Notes: generated by a model not told the origin, from the sequence alone. Positions 41,123 to 51,312 are shown, counted from the stretch's first letter. The stretch: 64,000 bases of DNA from an uncultured Candidatus Saccharibacteria bacterium (GCA_964514575.1 CAZETJ010000001.1:56014-120013), one strand, 5' to 3'. A program made the numbers and translations.

Positions 41123-42738
41123 GGCGAAACCGGCGCGTCAGCCTGGATGTCTTCGGTGGGTTTAGTCGCTAGATGGGATCCTTCGCGCAGAGGAGCTTCT
41201 CGTAAAAAGAGCGCCACTACGAAAGCGCCAATAGCAAACGGTATGCCAAGTAAAAACATGTCATGGAAGGCGTGAATGAAAGCCGAGAAAACTGTGTGTT
41301 GAGCCGAGCTCGACAGGCGGCTAATTTGCGCCGGACCATTTGTAACTATGCTGCTAGTCGATACGTGCTGGGCTGCGGCGGCCGGCAATGACTGGCTTAT
41401 GTAGTGAGTCAGTCTTGAAATTAGGATTGAGCCAAAGATTGCTCCACCTAGACTGCTGCCAATAGTTCGAAAGAAGGTGATGGCGCTCGTAGCCGTGCCA
41501 AGATGTTCGCGGTCTACTGAATTCTGAACTGCCAAAACCGATACCTGCATGAACGAACCTAGACCGAGGCCAATAATCAGCATCCAGGTTGACAGCGCCA
41601 GCAAGCTACTGCTGAGTGTGACGTGACTAAACAGCCACATCCCAATCGCAATCATTAATGTGCCAAAAATCGGGAAGGGCTTATAGCGGCCAGTTTTTGT
41701 TATGATCCTGCCGGACGTGATAGAGGCTATCATCATGCCGGCAATCAATGGTAGGGTGGCCAGGCCTGATTTAGTCGGCGAGTATCCACGGACAATTTGT
41801 TGGTATTGCGGAATATATAAGATGCTGGCGAACATTGCCACACCAGTTAATACAGAGAGAAGGACGGACACGCTAAAAATATCACTCCTAAAAAGATTCA
41901 TTGGAATCAGCGGCTCGCTAGCTCTGCGTTCCCACATAACAAAGGCCACAGTAGCAATGACTGAAGTAGCCAGCAAGCTTAGAATCTGCGAACTGCCCCA
42001 AGCATAAGTTATACCAGCCCACACCGAAACCAAAAGCAGGCTTACGACCGATAAGCTCATTAAGGCCGTGCCCATAAAATCTAACCGATGCTTGCGGCGA
42101 GTGACTGGCAGGTGAAGACGAGTGGCCACCGCCGCAAGTGCGATAACGCCAATCGGCAGGTTAACATAGAATATCCAGCGCCAGCCAGCCACGCCAAACA
42201 AGGAATTGGTATCAGCAAAGAATCCACCAAGCAGCGGCCCGGCCACACTAGCTAGTCCCCAGACAGCGCCAAAGTATCCCTGGTAGCGGCCTCTTTGCCG
42301 CGGCGGAATAATATCGCCTATGATTGCCAAAACTAACGCTATAAGCCCGCCGGCGCCTACGCCTTGAAGTGCCCGGAAGGCGACCAGCTGATCCATGTTG
42401 CGGGATAGCCCGCAGAGCACTGAGCCGATCAAGAAGATAACTATAGCTGTTTGGAAAATCTTTTTGCGGCCAAGCATATCGCCAATCTTGCCGTAAATCG
42501 GCGTAACGAGGGCGCTTGTCAATAAGTAGGATGTGGCAACCCAAGAATATTTATTAAGACCGTGGAGGTCGGTAGCGATTTTCGGCAACGCGGTGGCGAC
42601 AATGGTTTGGTCAAGCGCTGCTAACAACATGACCATCATCAAAGCGGTCAAGACCACCATGATCTCGCGGTGGCTGCGTTCGCCGTGAGGGTTGGCCGGC
42701 GCCGGAGCACCCATTCTATTTGTCAGTTTTTTTATCAC
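41119..42738 (-). CDS. MFS drug:H+ antiporter (DHA2/EmrB-QacA, 14 TM)
   Basis: [33 protein letters not shown]. Confidence 0.93.
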   Translation of the reverse strand: MIKKLTNRMGAPAPANPHGERSHREIMVVLTALMMVMLLAALDQTIVATALPKIATDLHGLNKYSWVATSYLLTSALVTPIYGKIGDMLGRKKIFQTAIVIFLIGSVLCGLSRNMDQLVAFRALQGVGAGGLIALVLAIIGDIIPPRQRGRYQGYFGAVWGLASVAGPLLGGFFADTNSLFGVAGWRWIFYVNLPIGVIALAAVATRLHLPVTRRKHRLDFMGTALMSLSVVSLLLVSVWAGITYAWGSSQILSLLATSVIATVAFVMWERRASEPLIPMNLFRSDIFSVSVLLSVLTGVAMFASILYIPQYQQIVRGYSPTKSGLATLPLIAGMMIASITSGRIITKTGRYKPFPIFGTLMIAIGMWLFSHVTLSSSLLALSTWMLIIGLGLGSFMQVSVLAVQNSVDREHLGTATSAITFFRTIGSSLGGAIFGSILISRLTHYISQSLPAAAAQHVSTSSIVTNGPAQISRLSSSAQHTVFSAFIHAFHDMFLLGIPFAIGAFVVALFLREAPLREGSHLATKPTEDIQADAPVSP

Positions 42739-42849
42739 GAAGAACGGAGCACCTTTCGCTTTTATTGGGCGGGCAGACGCAGCTTAATTATTAAACCCGC
42801 CAAGTTATCTTGGATATATTATAGCTTAAATTTCGCTCGGCGGGAAAAT

Positions 42850-43092
42850 TTAGTAGCCGCTAGTTGTACCGTTTGTACCGGTCTTGCGAATCCAGATGAA
42901 GTAGATGACACCGTAAACGATCACGGCCAGTACTACATAGATCAAAACCCATTGCCAGACTGGACGCTTACCATAGCCGCCTTTAGTGGGCTGCTTTGGT
43001 GCAGTCGGCACTGGCGGCCTATCTGTTGGGGCTGGAGCCTCGGCTTGTTTTGGCTCAGTGGCTGGCGGAGTTTGTGTAGCTTGTGGGGGCAT
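42850..43092 (-). CDS. Small Pro-rich single-pass membrane protein
   Basis: 80 aa, Pro/Ala/Thr-rich N-terminus, one TM, AGAGG SD upstream. Confidence 0.7.
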   Translation of the reverse strand: MPPQATQTPPATEPKQAEAPAPTDRPPVPTAPKQPTKGGYGKRPVWQWVLIYVVLAVIVYGVIYFIWIRKTGTNGTTSGY

Positions 43093-43141
43093 ATCAAAAC
43101 CTCTTTTAGTTACTATTCAATTGTATCACCGCTTATGCTTA

Positions 43142-43993
43142 TCAAGCGAAGCGAAGGATCATCAGAATGCCAAAAATAAACGAATACCAAGCAAACGGTT
43201 TAAGGGTCTTAGTTTGAAAGTAGCGAGTCAGCCAGCGTACTGAAAAATACGCGGCGATGCCAGCGGCGATGCTGCCAACCAAAATTTGTCCCCGGACACC
43301 ATTGCCTAAGGGGCCAAATAAATCCGGCAATTTCAAAATGCCAGCGCCCAATATAACTGGTGTGGCTAGCAGAAAAGCGAAATCGGCCGCGTCTTTATGC
43401 GATAAACCCCGGACTAGGCCAGCCACCATGGTCACGCCCGAGCGGCTGATGCCAGCTAGCAGAGCTAGAACCTGGGCAGTACCAATAATGCCGGCCTCTT
43501 TGTAGCTAAAGTTGGCCAGCTGTCGCCGAGCCTTACGCCCCTCAGCGGCTTTGCGGTAACGCTCGCCAGCAAACAAGATCAGTCCGTTAATGGTTAGGAA
43601 AATCGCTGCCGCCAAAGGTTTGGCAAAAAGTACCCGAAAAGCATGTTCCAACACCACGCCAGTTATGCCGGCCGGAATAGTAGCTACAACCAATAGCCAC
43701 GCCATTCGTTCCGTGGGGCTCTCCACTTTCCTAGTTTTTAACGACCTGAAGAAGCCCTTAATGATCCTTGTCCAGGTTGAGCGGTAGAAAATCAGCAATG
43801 CCGTGGCGGTGGCCACATGCAAGCCGACCAAGAAAGCTAAGAAATATGATTCGGGGGAGGACTGGGCTTTGACTAAATTATGCCAGCCAAAAAGTGCTGG
43901 TAATACAACCGAGTGGCCTAAGCTGGAAACCGGAAAAAGTTCGGTTATGCCCTGCAAAATGCCTAAGATTAGCGCCTGGAAGTAAGTGATCAC
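43142..43993 (-). CDS. uppP: Undecaprenyl-diphosphate phosphatase
   Basis: LGILQGITELFPVSSLGH, GISRSG motifs. Confidence 0.94.
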   Translation of the reverse strand: MITYFQALILGILQGITELFPVSSLGHSVVLPALFGWHNLVKAQSSPESYFLAFLVGLHVATATALLIFYRSTWTRIIKGFFRSLKTRKVESPTERMAWLLVVATIPAGITGVVLEHAFRVLFAKPLAAAIFLTINGLILFAGERYRKAAEGRKARRQLANFSYKEAGIIGTAQVLALLAGISRSGVTMVAGLVRGLSHKDAADFAFLLATPVILGAGILKLPDLFGPLGNGVRGQILVGSIAAGIAAYFSVRWLTRYFQTKTLKPFAWYSFIFGILMILRFA

Positions 43994-44127
43994 TCATACA
44001 GTATATCAAGGCCTAACTCTATAGGCTGATCGTACCTCACGTCCACTGTGGTTTTTATTCAGCCGCGCTGTGACGGTCCATAAAACCTCCTAAGCCGCTA
44101 ATTCTCTCGCAATTTAAAATTAGATTG

Positions 44128-45222
44128 CTAGAAACCAGTTTCGATCGCGAGCCTGGCAGTGAAGGCCGCTAACTTTTTTTCTATAACACCACGGCGGGCA
44201 TCTTTTAAACCAAAGCTTTTACGCTCGATGTGCGGAATCTCCTTTAGCCCAAGCTTTTTGGCTACAGCTAAAGTAGTTCTATCCGGGGTGGAAGCGCTGG
44301 CAGTGATAGCGGTCAGGCCTTCGCTAGGGCCAAGTTGCTCGGCCTCCTCGACACTAGCCACAGAAACGACTTCGGTCGCCAGTGAGTCTTGAGCCACCAG
44401 GCGTTTGCCTAGCTCTACATAACCTCTACCGTTTTTAGATTTAAGGTCAGTTACGACCACTAGTCTATCCGGCTTAAGTTGAATTAGCTGTTTGACCCCA
44501 GCCTGTCTTAATCTGACTGCTTTGCAAACGTTGCCGGGGGCTACCCAACTAACTCGCGCCTCTGGTTGCTGGCTTTTGATATAGTCATACAATTGCTGGC
44601 GACAAGCCCTATAATCTTCATCGTTCAGCGTAGTCTGAGAAATTATACGGTAAAGTTGGTCATCACAAAGTAGATCGTTAATCTCGGAAGGCTTCTCGGT
44701 GAGTCTTACATAGGTCCGATCTATGGGCTCATGGATGAGCTGCCCGTCCCGGACCACGTAGTCTAGATGGCCAACCATACCCTGGACTTCATCGTGTAAT
44801 TTTTCTACCTCGCCAGGCTTGCCCTGACAGATATAAATGACTTTTTCGTTGTTTTCGCGAGCTTTCTCGACGCCGGCGTGTGTATAAAGGACCAGAGGGC
44901 AGGCGGCCTCAAAGACCAGTGAATCTTTGGCCTTCAAGGCGTAGACGACTTCTGGGCCGACGCCGTGCGCACTAGTTACCACCACACTGCCGGGCGGGAT
45001 TTCATCAACCCCATTTACAAATATGACTCCATTTTGCTCATGTTCACGAACTACGTCTTGGTTATGCACAACATCGTGATAGCCGTAAATATGTAGGATC
45101 CCACGGGCTAGAGCTTCGGTCGAGACTTCTCTTAGTAAATCGTCGGCGGCTACTACGCCCTCACAAAAACCAAAATCATCAGGGAAGACCACCTCTGTTT
45201 GAGGCCGAGCCATCTCGTGCAT
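44128..45222 (-). CDS. ispH: Divergent IspH/LytB (HMBPP reductase)-like protein
   Basis: GFCEGV, VHN, SAHGV, AACPLV, HDEV, SQTT, VC.A...RQ, TASASTP; three cluster Cys retained. Confidence 0.8.
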   Translation of the reverse strand: MHEMARPQTEVVFPDDFGFCEGVVAADDLLREVSTEALARGILHIYGYHDVVHNQDVVREHEQNGVIFVNGVDEIPPGSVVVTSAHGVGPEVVYALKAKDSLVFEAACPLVLYTHAGVEKARENNEKVIYICQGKPGEVEKLHDEVQGMVGHLDYVVRDGQLIHEPIDRTYVRLTEKPSEINDLLCDDQLYRIISQTTLNDEDYRACRQQLYDYIKSQQPEARVSWVAPGNVCKAVRLRQAGVKQLIQLKPDRLVVVTDLKSKNGRGYVELGKRLVAQDSLATEVVSVASVEEAEQLGPSEGLTAITASASTPDRTTLAVAKKLGLKEIPHIERKSFGLKDARRGVIEKKLAAFTARLAIETGF

Positions 45223-45224
45223 AA

Positions 45225-45767
45225 CTATTTGGTCAACTCTTGAATTAAGACGTTGTCTTTTAACTTTTGCAGCTGGTCTTTAAACCAATAGGAATAAGTG
45301 TCAGGATTTTTGCCGATCAGGTCGTCTAATTCAGACCAATCTACCCAACGCAAAGTTTCCACTTCTAGCGGGTTAGGTTTAGGCTCCTGCAAAGCTCGGA
45401 CCACGTACACGGGGCAAATTTCATTCTCGATGATGCCGTTATAGGGCGGAGTTTTATAGCGATAATCAGGCAGAACCACCTTAAGGTCTTTGAATTCAGT
45501 AATCCCTAGTTCGTATTCGAGGCGCCGTTTGATAGCGTCCTGCGTAGATTCGCCGGGCGAAAGGTGGCCGCACAAACTGTTGGTCCAGACATCCGGCCAG
45601 ACTTTTTTAACGTGGGCTCGTTGTGTCAATAAAAACTGACCTTTCTCGTTAAAGACATAACAAGAGAAGGCCAAGTGAAGCGGTGTGTGGGAGGTATGGA
45701 TTTCTAGCTTGGGTGCGGTGCCAATTGGCGTGCCGCCATTATCTACTAGAACAACTTGTTCAGACAC
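45225..45767 (-). CDS. idi: Isopentenyl-diphosphate delta-isomerase type 1
   Basis: LHLAFSC, WTNSLCGH, ENEICPV. Confidence 0.94.
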   Translation of the reverse strand: MSEQVVLVDNGGTPIGTAPKLEIHTSHTPLHLAFSCYVFNEKGQFLLTQRAHVKKVWPDVWTNSLCGHLSPGESTQDAIKRRLEYELGITEFKDLKVVLPDYRYKTPPYNGIIENEICPVYVVRALQEPKPNPLEVETLRWVDWSELDDLIGKNPDTYSYWFKDQLQKLKDNVLIQELTK

Positions 45768-45850
45768 TCACCTACTATAACATCGTTCTTCGTTGTTAGA
45801 TGATAGTGATAATTAGTTAAGCTGGTCGAGTATAATTGAGCTAACGACTT

Positions 45851-47269
45851 ATGGCATTGACTACTCATCCCGGGACAGTCGATCTAGTAGCTATCCGCCG
45901 GCAGATAGTCGGTTTGGATACGAAAGTTCCAACGCTTTCCGGCGCAACCAAGACTTATATAAATTTTGACAATGCTGCTAGTACACCGCCGTTTGCTAAA
46001 GTCTTAAAGGCCATTAATGACTTTGCGCCTTGGTACTCTTCGGTCCATCGCGGTAGCGGCTTTAAGAGCCAAATTGCCTCTGAGGCTTATGAGCAAGCAC
46101 GTGAAATAACTTTGGATTTTTTTGGCGCCAACCCGTGCCAGCACACCGCGATTTTCGTCAAAAATACCACCGAGGCTATAAACAAACTGTCCTACCGCCT
46201 AGAGCTATCCAAGGATGATGTTGTGCTGGTCGGTTTGATAGAGCACCACAGTAACGATTTGCCCTGGCGGCGCGCAGCGCACGTTGAGCATATCGGTATT
46301 GATGAACAAGGTCGCCTGGACGAAGCCGACCTCGGCCGCTTGTTTAAAAAATTTGGCCAGCGTGTAAAGTTGCTAGCCATCAGCGGCGCCTCCAACGTAA
46401 CTGGTACTTTGCCAAACATCTATAAGCTGGCCGCCAAAGCCCACGCCCACGGCGCTCAGATTCTGGTGGACTGCGCCCAGCTAGCGCCGCATCGGAAAAT
46501 TAACATGAAAAACTTGGAGGACCCAGAGCACCTCGACTTTATCGCTATCAGCGCTCACAAAATGTACTCGCCCTTTGGCACAGGTGCATTGATCGGCCGG
46601 CGGGATACTTTTGAGCGGGGAGCGCCGGAAGTTTGCGGCGGCGGTACTATCAATGTGGTAACTGAGGACGAGGTTGAATGGGCTGCGCCGCCAGATCGAG
46701 ACGAGGCGGGTTCGCCGAACGTGGTTGGCGCTGTGGCCTTTGGCAAAGCGCTGAAGCAGTTTTCCAAAATCGGCATGGATAAAGTCGCCAAACACGAAGC
46801 TGAGCTGACAACCTATGCGCTTAAGCGTCTGAGCGAAATTCCAGGGATAGTGATTTATGGTCAAACAAATCCAGCCCGAGCCGGCCAACGCCTGGGTGTT
46901 ATAACCTTCAATTTGAGTGAACTTCATCACGAGCTGGTAGCTGCCGTTTTAGGCACCGAATGGGGAATTGGCGTACGGTCTGGTTGTTTCTGCGCCCACC
47001 CGTATGTCACCAAACTACTGGGTTTAGATGCCAAGCAAACCAAACAATTCCGCTCAGCTGTACACACCGGCGATCGCCGCCATATCCCAGGCATGGTTCG
47101 GGTGAGTTTTGGCATATATAACACTAAATCTGAAGTCGACGTTTTGGTAGATGCCCTAGACCAAATTGCTGCCGGTGCTTATGAGGGTGAGTACGACCAA
47201 GACAAAACCACCGGTGAATTTAAAGCCCGCGGCTGGTATCCCCGGCTCGAAAACTACTTCAGCATATAG
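45851..47269 (+). CDS. Class V PLP aminotransferase / cysteine desulfurase-like
   Basis: FDNAASTP, EHHSN, SAHKMY (PLP Lys), VRSGCFCAHPY. Confidence 0.88.
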   Translation: MALTTHPGTVDLVAIRRQIVGLDTKVPTLSGATKTYINFDNAASTPPFAKVLKAINDFAPWYSSVHRGSGFKSQIASEAYEQAREITLDFFGANPCQHTAIFVKNTTEAINKLSYRLELSKDDVVLVGLIEHHSNDLPWRRAAHVEHIGIDEQGRLDEADLGRLFKKFGQRVKLLAISGASNVTGTLPNIYKLAAKAHAHGAQILVDCAQLAPHRKINMKNLEDPEHLDFIAISAHKMYSPFGTGALIGRRDTFERGAPEVCGGGTINVVTEDEVEWAAPPDRDEAGSPNVVGAVAFGKALKQFSKIGMDKVAKHEAELTTYALKRLSEIPGIVIYGQTNPARAGQRLGVITFNLSELHHELVAAVLGTEWGIGVRSGCFCAHPYVTKLLGLDAKQTKQFRSAVHTGDRRHIPGMVRVSFGIYNTKSEVDVLVDALDQIAAGAYEGEYDQDKTTGEFKARGWYPRLENYFSI

Positions 47270-47484
47270 ACTGTACGACCATAACCTCTGATCAGGGTTG
47301 CTCAAGGAACGTCGTATTTTACGGTGCTGCTGCCAGTCATCGATAATGTTTCCCAAGCTGTGCAACCTCGCACTCCTTTCTCGCTGACTTGATACTAGGC
47401 AAGCCAGCCGATAGTTTCTGTTAACAAATTGGCTTGCCAAAGCATTATAACCAGACTTTAATAACACTCATATTAAGTTGAACC

Positions 47485-47919
47485 ATGACATTAAGAAATA
47501 AAAAAATAAAGATTATTCTGACGGTCGTAGTTCCGATCGTTGCCATAGGTGCGGTTGATTACTTTGCTTGGTATAAGGCGCCAGCTGACTGTGGAACAAT
47601 CGAAACGCCCAGCGCAACAGCATACGACACCAATGTAAAAGTTTCACAAAGCGACTATAGTAAATTATCCACCTGTTTCACTAAGCGCTATTTTGGTCTT
47701 CGATCTACAAAAATAAGCATAGAAAACAAACAAAAAGACTCAGGCAATACTTACATATTTACTTATAAAGGAATGAAAATCAGCGGGGTTAGCGACTCAT
47801 TTAATCAATACGGAAGTGCAAAGTTTGGCTTTGGCTGTAGCTCAGCTGTAAAAACTCAAAGTAGCATGATCTTTACTTGTCAGAACGGCAATTTTAAGTA
47901 CGTCGTCAGCTCTATTTAG
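47485..47919 (+). CDS. Hypothetical membrane-anchored protein, AT-rich
   Basis: 144 aa, N-terminal TM, four Cys. Confidence 0.65.
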   Translation: MTLRNKKIKIILTVVVPIVAIGAVDYFAWYKAPADCGTIETPSATAYDTNVKVSQSDYSKLSTCFTKRYFGLRSTKISIENKQKDSGNTYIFTYKGMKISGVSDSFNQYGSAKFGFGCSSAVKTQSSMIFTCQNGNFKYVVSSI

Positions 47920-47940
47920 CTTCCATAGGCTATTTGTAAC

Positions 47941-48516
47941 TTAGAAGGTTTTACAGATCGGCACGCCAGTCTGTTTGCTGATATCTTGAGCCGCAGTGGC
48001 GTTTATGATTTTGCTAGAGATACACAGAGGTTCACCAGTCCCGGCACCGTAAGCAAAACTGCGGCTACCGTCGCTAGCTATCTTAAAGGCCATTACTCTC
48101 ACGGGTATAGTCGTATCGTTGGCGCAAGCTACCAAGTAAGCTTGGTAATTGTCTACTGGTTTAGGTGTTAGCGAAGCCGAGACCAATTCACTATTGTCCT
48201 TGCTAGCACATTCTGGTCCGAAGTCCGAGCTCGTCGGTAGGGCGTAGAGCTTCTGGGCAGCTTCAAGCGCACTAATCTGAGAATTGGCACCCGTGAGACT
48301 TTGCTGACTGGTTTTAAGTTTCGAGTGCTGCCACGAATAAACACCGTAAATCAACCCAAAGGCAAGTATTAGGACCAAGACGACCATAGCCCAAGACCGG
48401 CGGCGGCCATTGTGTGGCCTAGGCACAGTTGCCTGCGGAGGATTAGGGGCAGGCGGGATATCAGGTGATAAGGGAGCAGGCGCTACATTTGTTGGAGGTT
48501 GAAAGTTTGGTTCCAT
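47941..48516 (-). CDS. Hypothetical membrane-anchored protein
   Basis: Pro-rich N-terminus, TM, coiled coil, Cys-containing C-domain; TGTTATAAT just upstream. Confidence 0.7.
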   Translation of the reverse strand: MEPNFQPPTNVAPAPLSPDIPPAPNPPQATVPRPHNGRRRSWAMVVLVLILAFGLIYGVYSWQHSKLKTSQQSLTGANSQISALEAAQKLYALPTSSDFGPECASKDNSELVSASLTPKPVDNYQAYLVACANDTTIPVRVMAFKIASDGSRSFAYGAGTGEPLCISSKIINATAAQDISKQTGVPICKTF

Positions 48517-48546
48517 ACCAAAATTATAACAAACTACTTATGTTTA

Positions 48547-48553
48547 TGGCTCC
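48547..48553 (-). repeat. GGAGCCA copy of the tRNA-Asn 3' terminus (minimal att-like core)
   Basis: TGGCTCC on + strand, between two accessory genes, same orientation as the tRNA. Confidence 0.45.
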
Positions 48554-48618
48554 CCTAGACGAATGGTATCACTGATGTATGCAGTCGGCCCGGCAACAGG
48601 GTCGGCGCCAACCTTCTA

Positions 48619-48927
48619 TTATTTGGATCTAGATTGTTTATCTAGCACCCATTGCACAGACGGGCTGATTGGCTTGTCCTTGCGATGGATACAACCAATC
48701 CAACAGCATGGTCGGCGCATCCCTTCTTTGAGTTCCGAAATCACTCGCCTGACATGTTCATCCCGTGTTTTCTGTTGCTTGACTGTTATAGTCCAGCAGA
48801 TCCACTCGTTGCGTGCCAGTGGCGTGAGGTCTTCCCAACGCCCTAGAGCAGATTCGTCAGCTAGCAATGCTTTTCGTAAATCGGCTGGTAGTTTGTGCAC
48901 TACGCCTTCAGAAATTTTTGTGGCCAT
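48619..48927 (-). CDS. YdeI/OmpD-associated family protein
   Basis: LPADLRKAL...WEDLTPLARNEWICW...KQQKTR pattern. Confidence 0.82.
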   Translation of the reverse strand: MATKISEGVVHKLPADLRKALLADESALGRWEDLTPLARNEWICWTITVKQQKTRDEHVRRVISELKEGMRRPCCWIGCIHRKDKPISPSVQWVLDKQSRSK

Positions 48928-48951
48928 AGGTATATTTTATATCAGTGGGCT

Positions 48952-48979
48952 TGGCTCCCCGTAGTGATGGAAGTTAGAA
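48952..48979. repeat. 28-bp att-like repeat, copy 1
   Basis: TGGCTCCCCGTAGTGATGGAAGTTAGAA; 27/28 identical to 49951-49978. Confidence 0.85.
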
Positions 48980-48994
48980 CTCTTATAGTCCGTG

Positions 48995-49843
48995 CTAACT
49001 GACTTTTGTGGCTTTTATCATCGCCTGACAATACGGAAAAATATCTTGGTCAAATGCTATTCCACTTATTGCGTCACTGACGAAATAGTTTTCAAGTAAG
49101 GCCTTCAGGCCCGGCCTGACGTCGGGGGTTGGATGTGTAACGGACGTCGTAAGTAAGTCATTCCTCGCCATGGCATTCGTAATTTCTGGAATTGTAGCAA
49201 ACGGATACAGTTGTTTTCTTTCACCTTCCCAGGGCTCGTCTTCTACAAGATAATCAAATTTTGTGAGAAGTGTCGCTAATGTGCTTACATCGGTCACCGC
49301 ATAGCCTGGGTAGTCAAAAATAATATCTGGTTTACGAGCTGTGTATTCCGAAGCAAACTTTCTCAATAGCGCTTCGGCTCTTGCGGTATGTGAGCGTACC
49401 AAGACGGCAGAATTACCTTCTAACGGCATTGCACCATCAAACATTATTAACTGACCTCCGAGCCTCAAAACTCGAGAAACTTCATTTATTGCCTGATCAA
49501 ACTCCTCTAATCTTGTCCCTAACTCGTTGCTACTTGCGACTTCGTGGAAAACGTTAACTGCGCTTACGGCATCAAAACTTTGGTCTGGAAAAGGGATTTC
49601 TTTTACATCCCCATAGGTAAAGTTCAGAGATTTGGCAGATTCAACTCCTCTTAACACAAGCTCAGGGTTGATTTCTAAGGATACGATTTCTGCAGAGGGG
49701 TTCATTGCTTCTAACGCGCTCCCGACCCGTCCGTAGCCAGCTCCCAAGTCTAGGACTGCTGCACCAGCTTCAATACCTTGCAATGAAGCCTCTACAAATG
49801 AGCATAAAAGTTGACCAGCAATAATATTCCCAGTGTGAATCAT
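48995..49843 (-). CDS. Class I SAM-dependent methyltransferase
   Basis: VLDLGAGYG, IPFPDQSFD, RVLRLGG. Confidence 0.85.
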   Translation of the reverse strand: MIHTGNIIAGQLLCSFVEASLQGIEAGAAVLDLGAGYGRVGSALEAMNPSAEIVSLEINPELVLRGVESAKSLNFTYGDVKEIPFPDQSFDAVSAVNVFHEVASSNELGTRLEEFDQAINEVSRVLRLGGQLIMFDGAMPLEGNSAVLVRSHTARAEALLRKFASEYTARKPDIIFDYPGYAVTDVSTLATLLTKFDYLVEDEPWEGERKQLYPFATIPEITNAMARNDLLTTSVTHPTPDVRPGLKALLENYFVSDAISGIAFDQDIFPYCQAMIKATKVS

Positions 49844-49880
49844 TTAATTATTAAATAACAATGAATAAAATTAGTCAATA

Positions 49881-49895
49881 TGGCTCCGGAGGCCG
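49881..49895 (-). repeat. 15-bp exact copy of the tRNA-Asn 3' end
   Basis: TGGCTCCGGAGGCCG equals 51313-51327. Confidence 0.85.
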
Positions 49896-49917
49896 AGACA
49901 GCATACTGAAGACCAGT

Positions 49918-49943
49918 AAAAAAGCCGGACGTAAAGTCCGACT
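49918..49943 (-). terminator. Intrinsic terminator
   Basis: Minus strand AGTCGGAC-TTTAC-GTCCGGCT-TTTTT. Confidence 0.7.
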
Positions 49944-49950
49944 CTTTCAC

Positions 49951-49978
49951 TGGCTCCGCGTAGTGATGGAAGTTAGAA
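49951..49978. repeat. 28-bp att-like repeat, copy 2
   Basis: TGGCTCCGCGTAGTGATGGAAGTTAGAA; contains the TAA stop of gene 49973-51271. Confidence 0.85.
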
Positions 49979-51271
49979 ACTTATTGGTACAACTAGATAC
50001 TTCTCCCAAATGGGGTCGCGGTGAGCGTAACTCTGCATATCAGAAAAGTATCTGGGGTCTTGAAAAGGATCACTTTGGTCTGTTACTTCCTTCCCCCGTA
50101 ATCTTTCTTTGGTCCCCCAAACACATATAACGTCTGTAATTGCTGATGGTTCTGGCCTTTCGTACTCATACGAACGTCTATCATGAATGCGGTACACACT
50201 TAGTTGCACGTCATACTTAGAGAGCAATTCATCAGCTCTAGAATAAACGGCGGGGCTATAAATCACTTTTTGCATGCCCATGCGCCCACCTCTAGCCGCA
50301 AAGGGGAAATCCGCCTTTTTTACTCTGGCCAACGTTTGCTTTACTACCCTTTGAGCAGCCCTTTCAACTTCTTTATCAACTGTTTCTATTTTTTTCGAAG
50401 CAGCCTCGAGATTTTGTGTGACTAGCCCGTCACGCGACTGCGTTTTGACTAGGGATTTAGGCTTGTCGCTATATCCAGAGAGAGCATCTTCTAATAAGAT
50501 CCGACAAACAGTTGCCTCATCTAAATTTGGCCTGCCTTGTATATCACCTTTTAGTTTGTCATGGCCCTCTCTACTCCTAGCAATAGTTATCAACCTACGT
50601 GCAAATGTAGAAGGACTAAAAATCCCCTTATCCCTAGTCACGCTAAAGACCTTATCCCAGCTAATACCATCCGCTGGAAACGCATATTCTTCATTTTCCT
50701 TTGCATTAACCTTAACCAGCGAGACGGATGATTGTTGAATATCACCGCTTTCTGACTCCAGGCTGACCATCCAAGTTTTTCCTGCTTTGCCTAATCCTGC
50801 ATGGGAGATAAACGGTCGCAGCCAATAGTAAGTAGTATGCCCCCATTCCGTGGTCGTGGAATGACCAATTAAATCTTTCGGATTTTCGACCATTTTTTGT
50901 TTTAGCTTTTCTGCCAATTCTTTACAAGTCTCATTTTGAGACTCAAGTATGGATAACTGCTGTTCATCTAATTCATCTGCGGGTTTGAGCCTATCATTTG
51001 CAAACCTCCAACCGGGAATTTCCTCTAACTCAACTCCTTGGTAATCATAATCACCCGTATCGACATGGTCTCCGGTCCCATACCCATGCAATGGTTCGAC
51101 CTTGGCAACAGTAAAAATGCCGTTTATAACATCGGTATGCGAAAAATCAGGGTACGTATCGTAGCCGGAATACAGGGGATCTTTAAACATAACCTTATCT
51201 CCCACTACGAATTCCGGCCCGTAAAAAAGGTGTTCTGAAGAAGGCAGATTTTCTCCAACTCGATCTATCAT
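49973..51271 (-). CDS. Hypothetical protein (AT-rich accessory gene)
   Basis: 432-aa ORF with its own TTGACA...TATATT promoter-like sequence directly after the tRNA; no motif recognised. Confidence 0.7.
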   Translation of the reverse strand: MIDRVGENLPSSEHLFYGPEFVVGDKVMFKDPLYSGYDTYPDFSHTDVINGIFTVAKVEPLHGYGTGDHVDTGDYDYQGVELEEIPGWRFANDRLKPADELDEQQLSILESQNETCKELAEKLKQKMVENPKDLIGHSTTTEWGHTTYYWLRPFISHAGLGKAGKTWMVSLESESGDIQQSSVSLVKVNAKENEEYAFPADGISWDKVFSVTRDKGIFSPSTFARRLITIARSREGHDKLKGDIQGRPNLDEATVCRILLEDALSGYSDKPKSLVKTQSRDGLVTQNLEAASKKIETVDKEVERAAQRVVKQTLARVKKADFPFAARGGRMGMQKVIYSPAVYSRADELLSKYDVQLSVYRIHDRRSYEYERPEPSAITDVICVWGTKERLRGKEVTDQSDPFQDPRYFSDMQSYAHRDPIWEKYLVVPISF

Positions 51272-51312
51272 GTGTTATATAATATAACTAAAGGAGCAAA
51301 TTGTCAATATCG

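Noticed and set aside
42740-42830. Possible attenuator upstream of the MFS pump
   Set aside because: Only a short imperfect inverted repeat; no U-tract terminator or leader ORF found.
47156-47467. Minus-strand ORF and inverted repeat GGCAAGCCA/TGGCTTGCC (47398-47438)
   Set aside because: The ORF overlaps the desulfurase-like gene end and has no recognisable motif; a 9-bp inverted repeat alone supports no RNA call.
48570-48947. CACTGAT(G/A)TA inverted pair flanking the YdeI gene as transposon ends
   Set aside because: Only about 10 bp with a mismatch, no target duplication and no transposase; may be chance.
48952-49978. 28-bp repeats as integron attC sites or CRISPR repeats
   Set aside because: No RYYYAAC/GTTRRRY palindromic attC structure and no intI; only two copies 1 kb apart and no cas genes. 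They start with the tRNA 3'-end core instead.
49861-50130. 89-aa + strand ORF
   Set aside because: It spans att-like repeats and a terminator and overlaps a longer antisense gene, so it is probably spurious.
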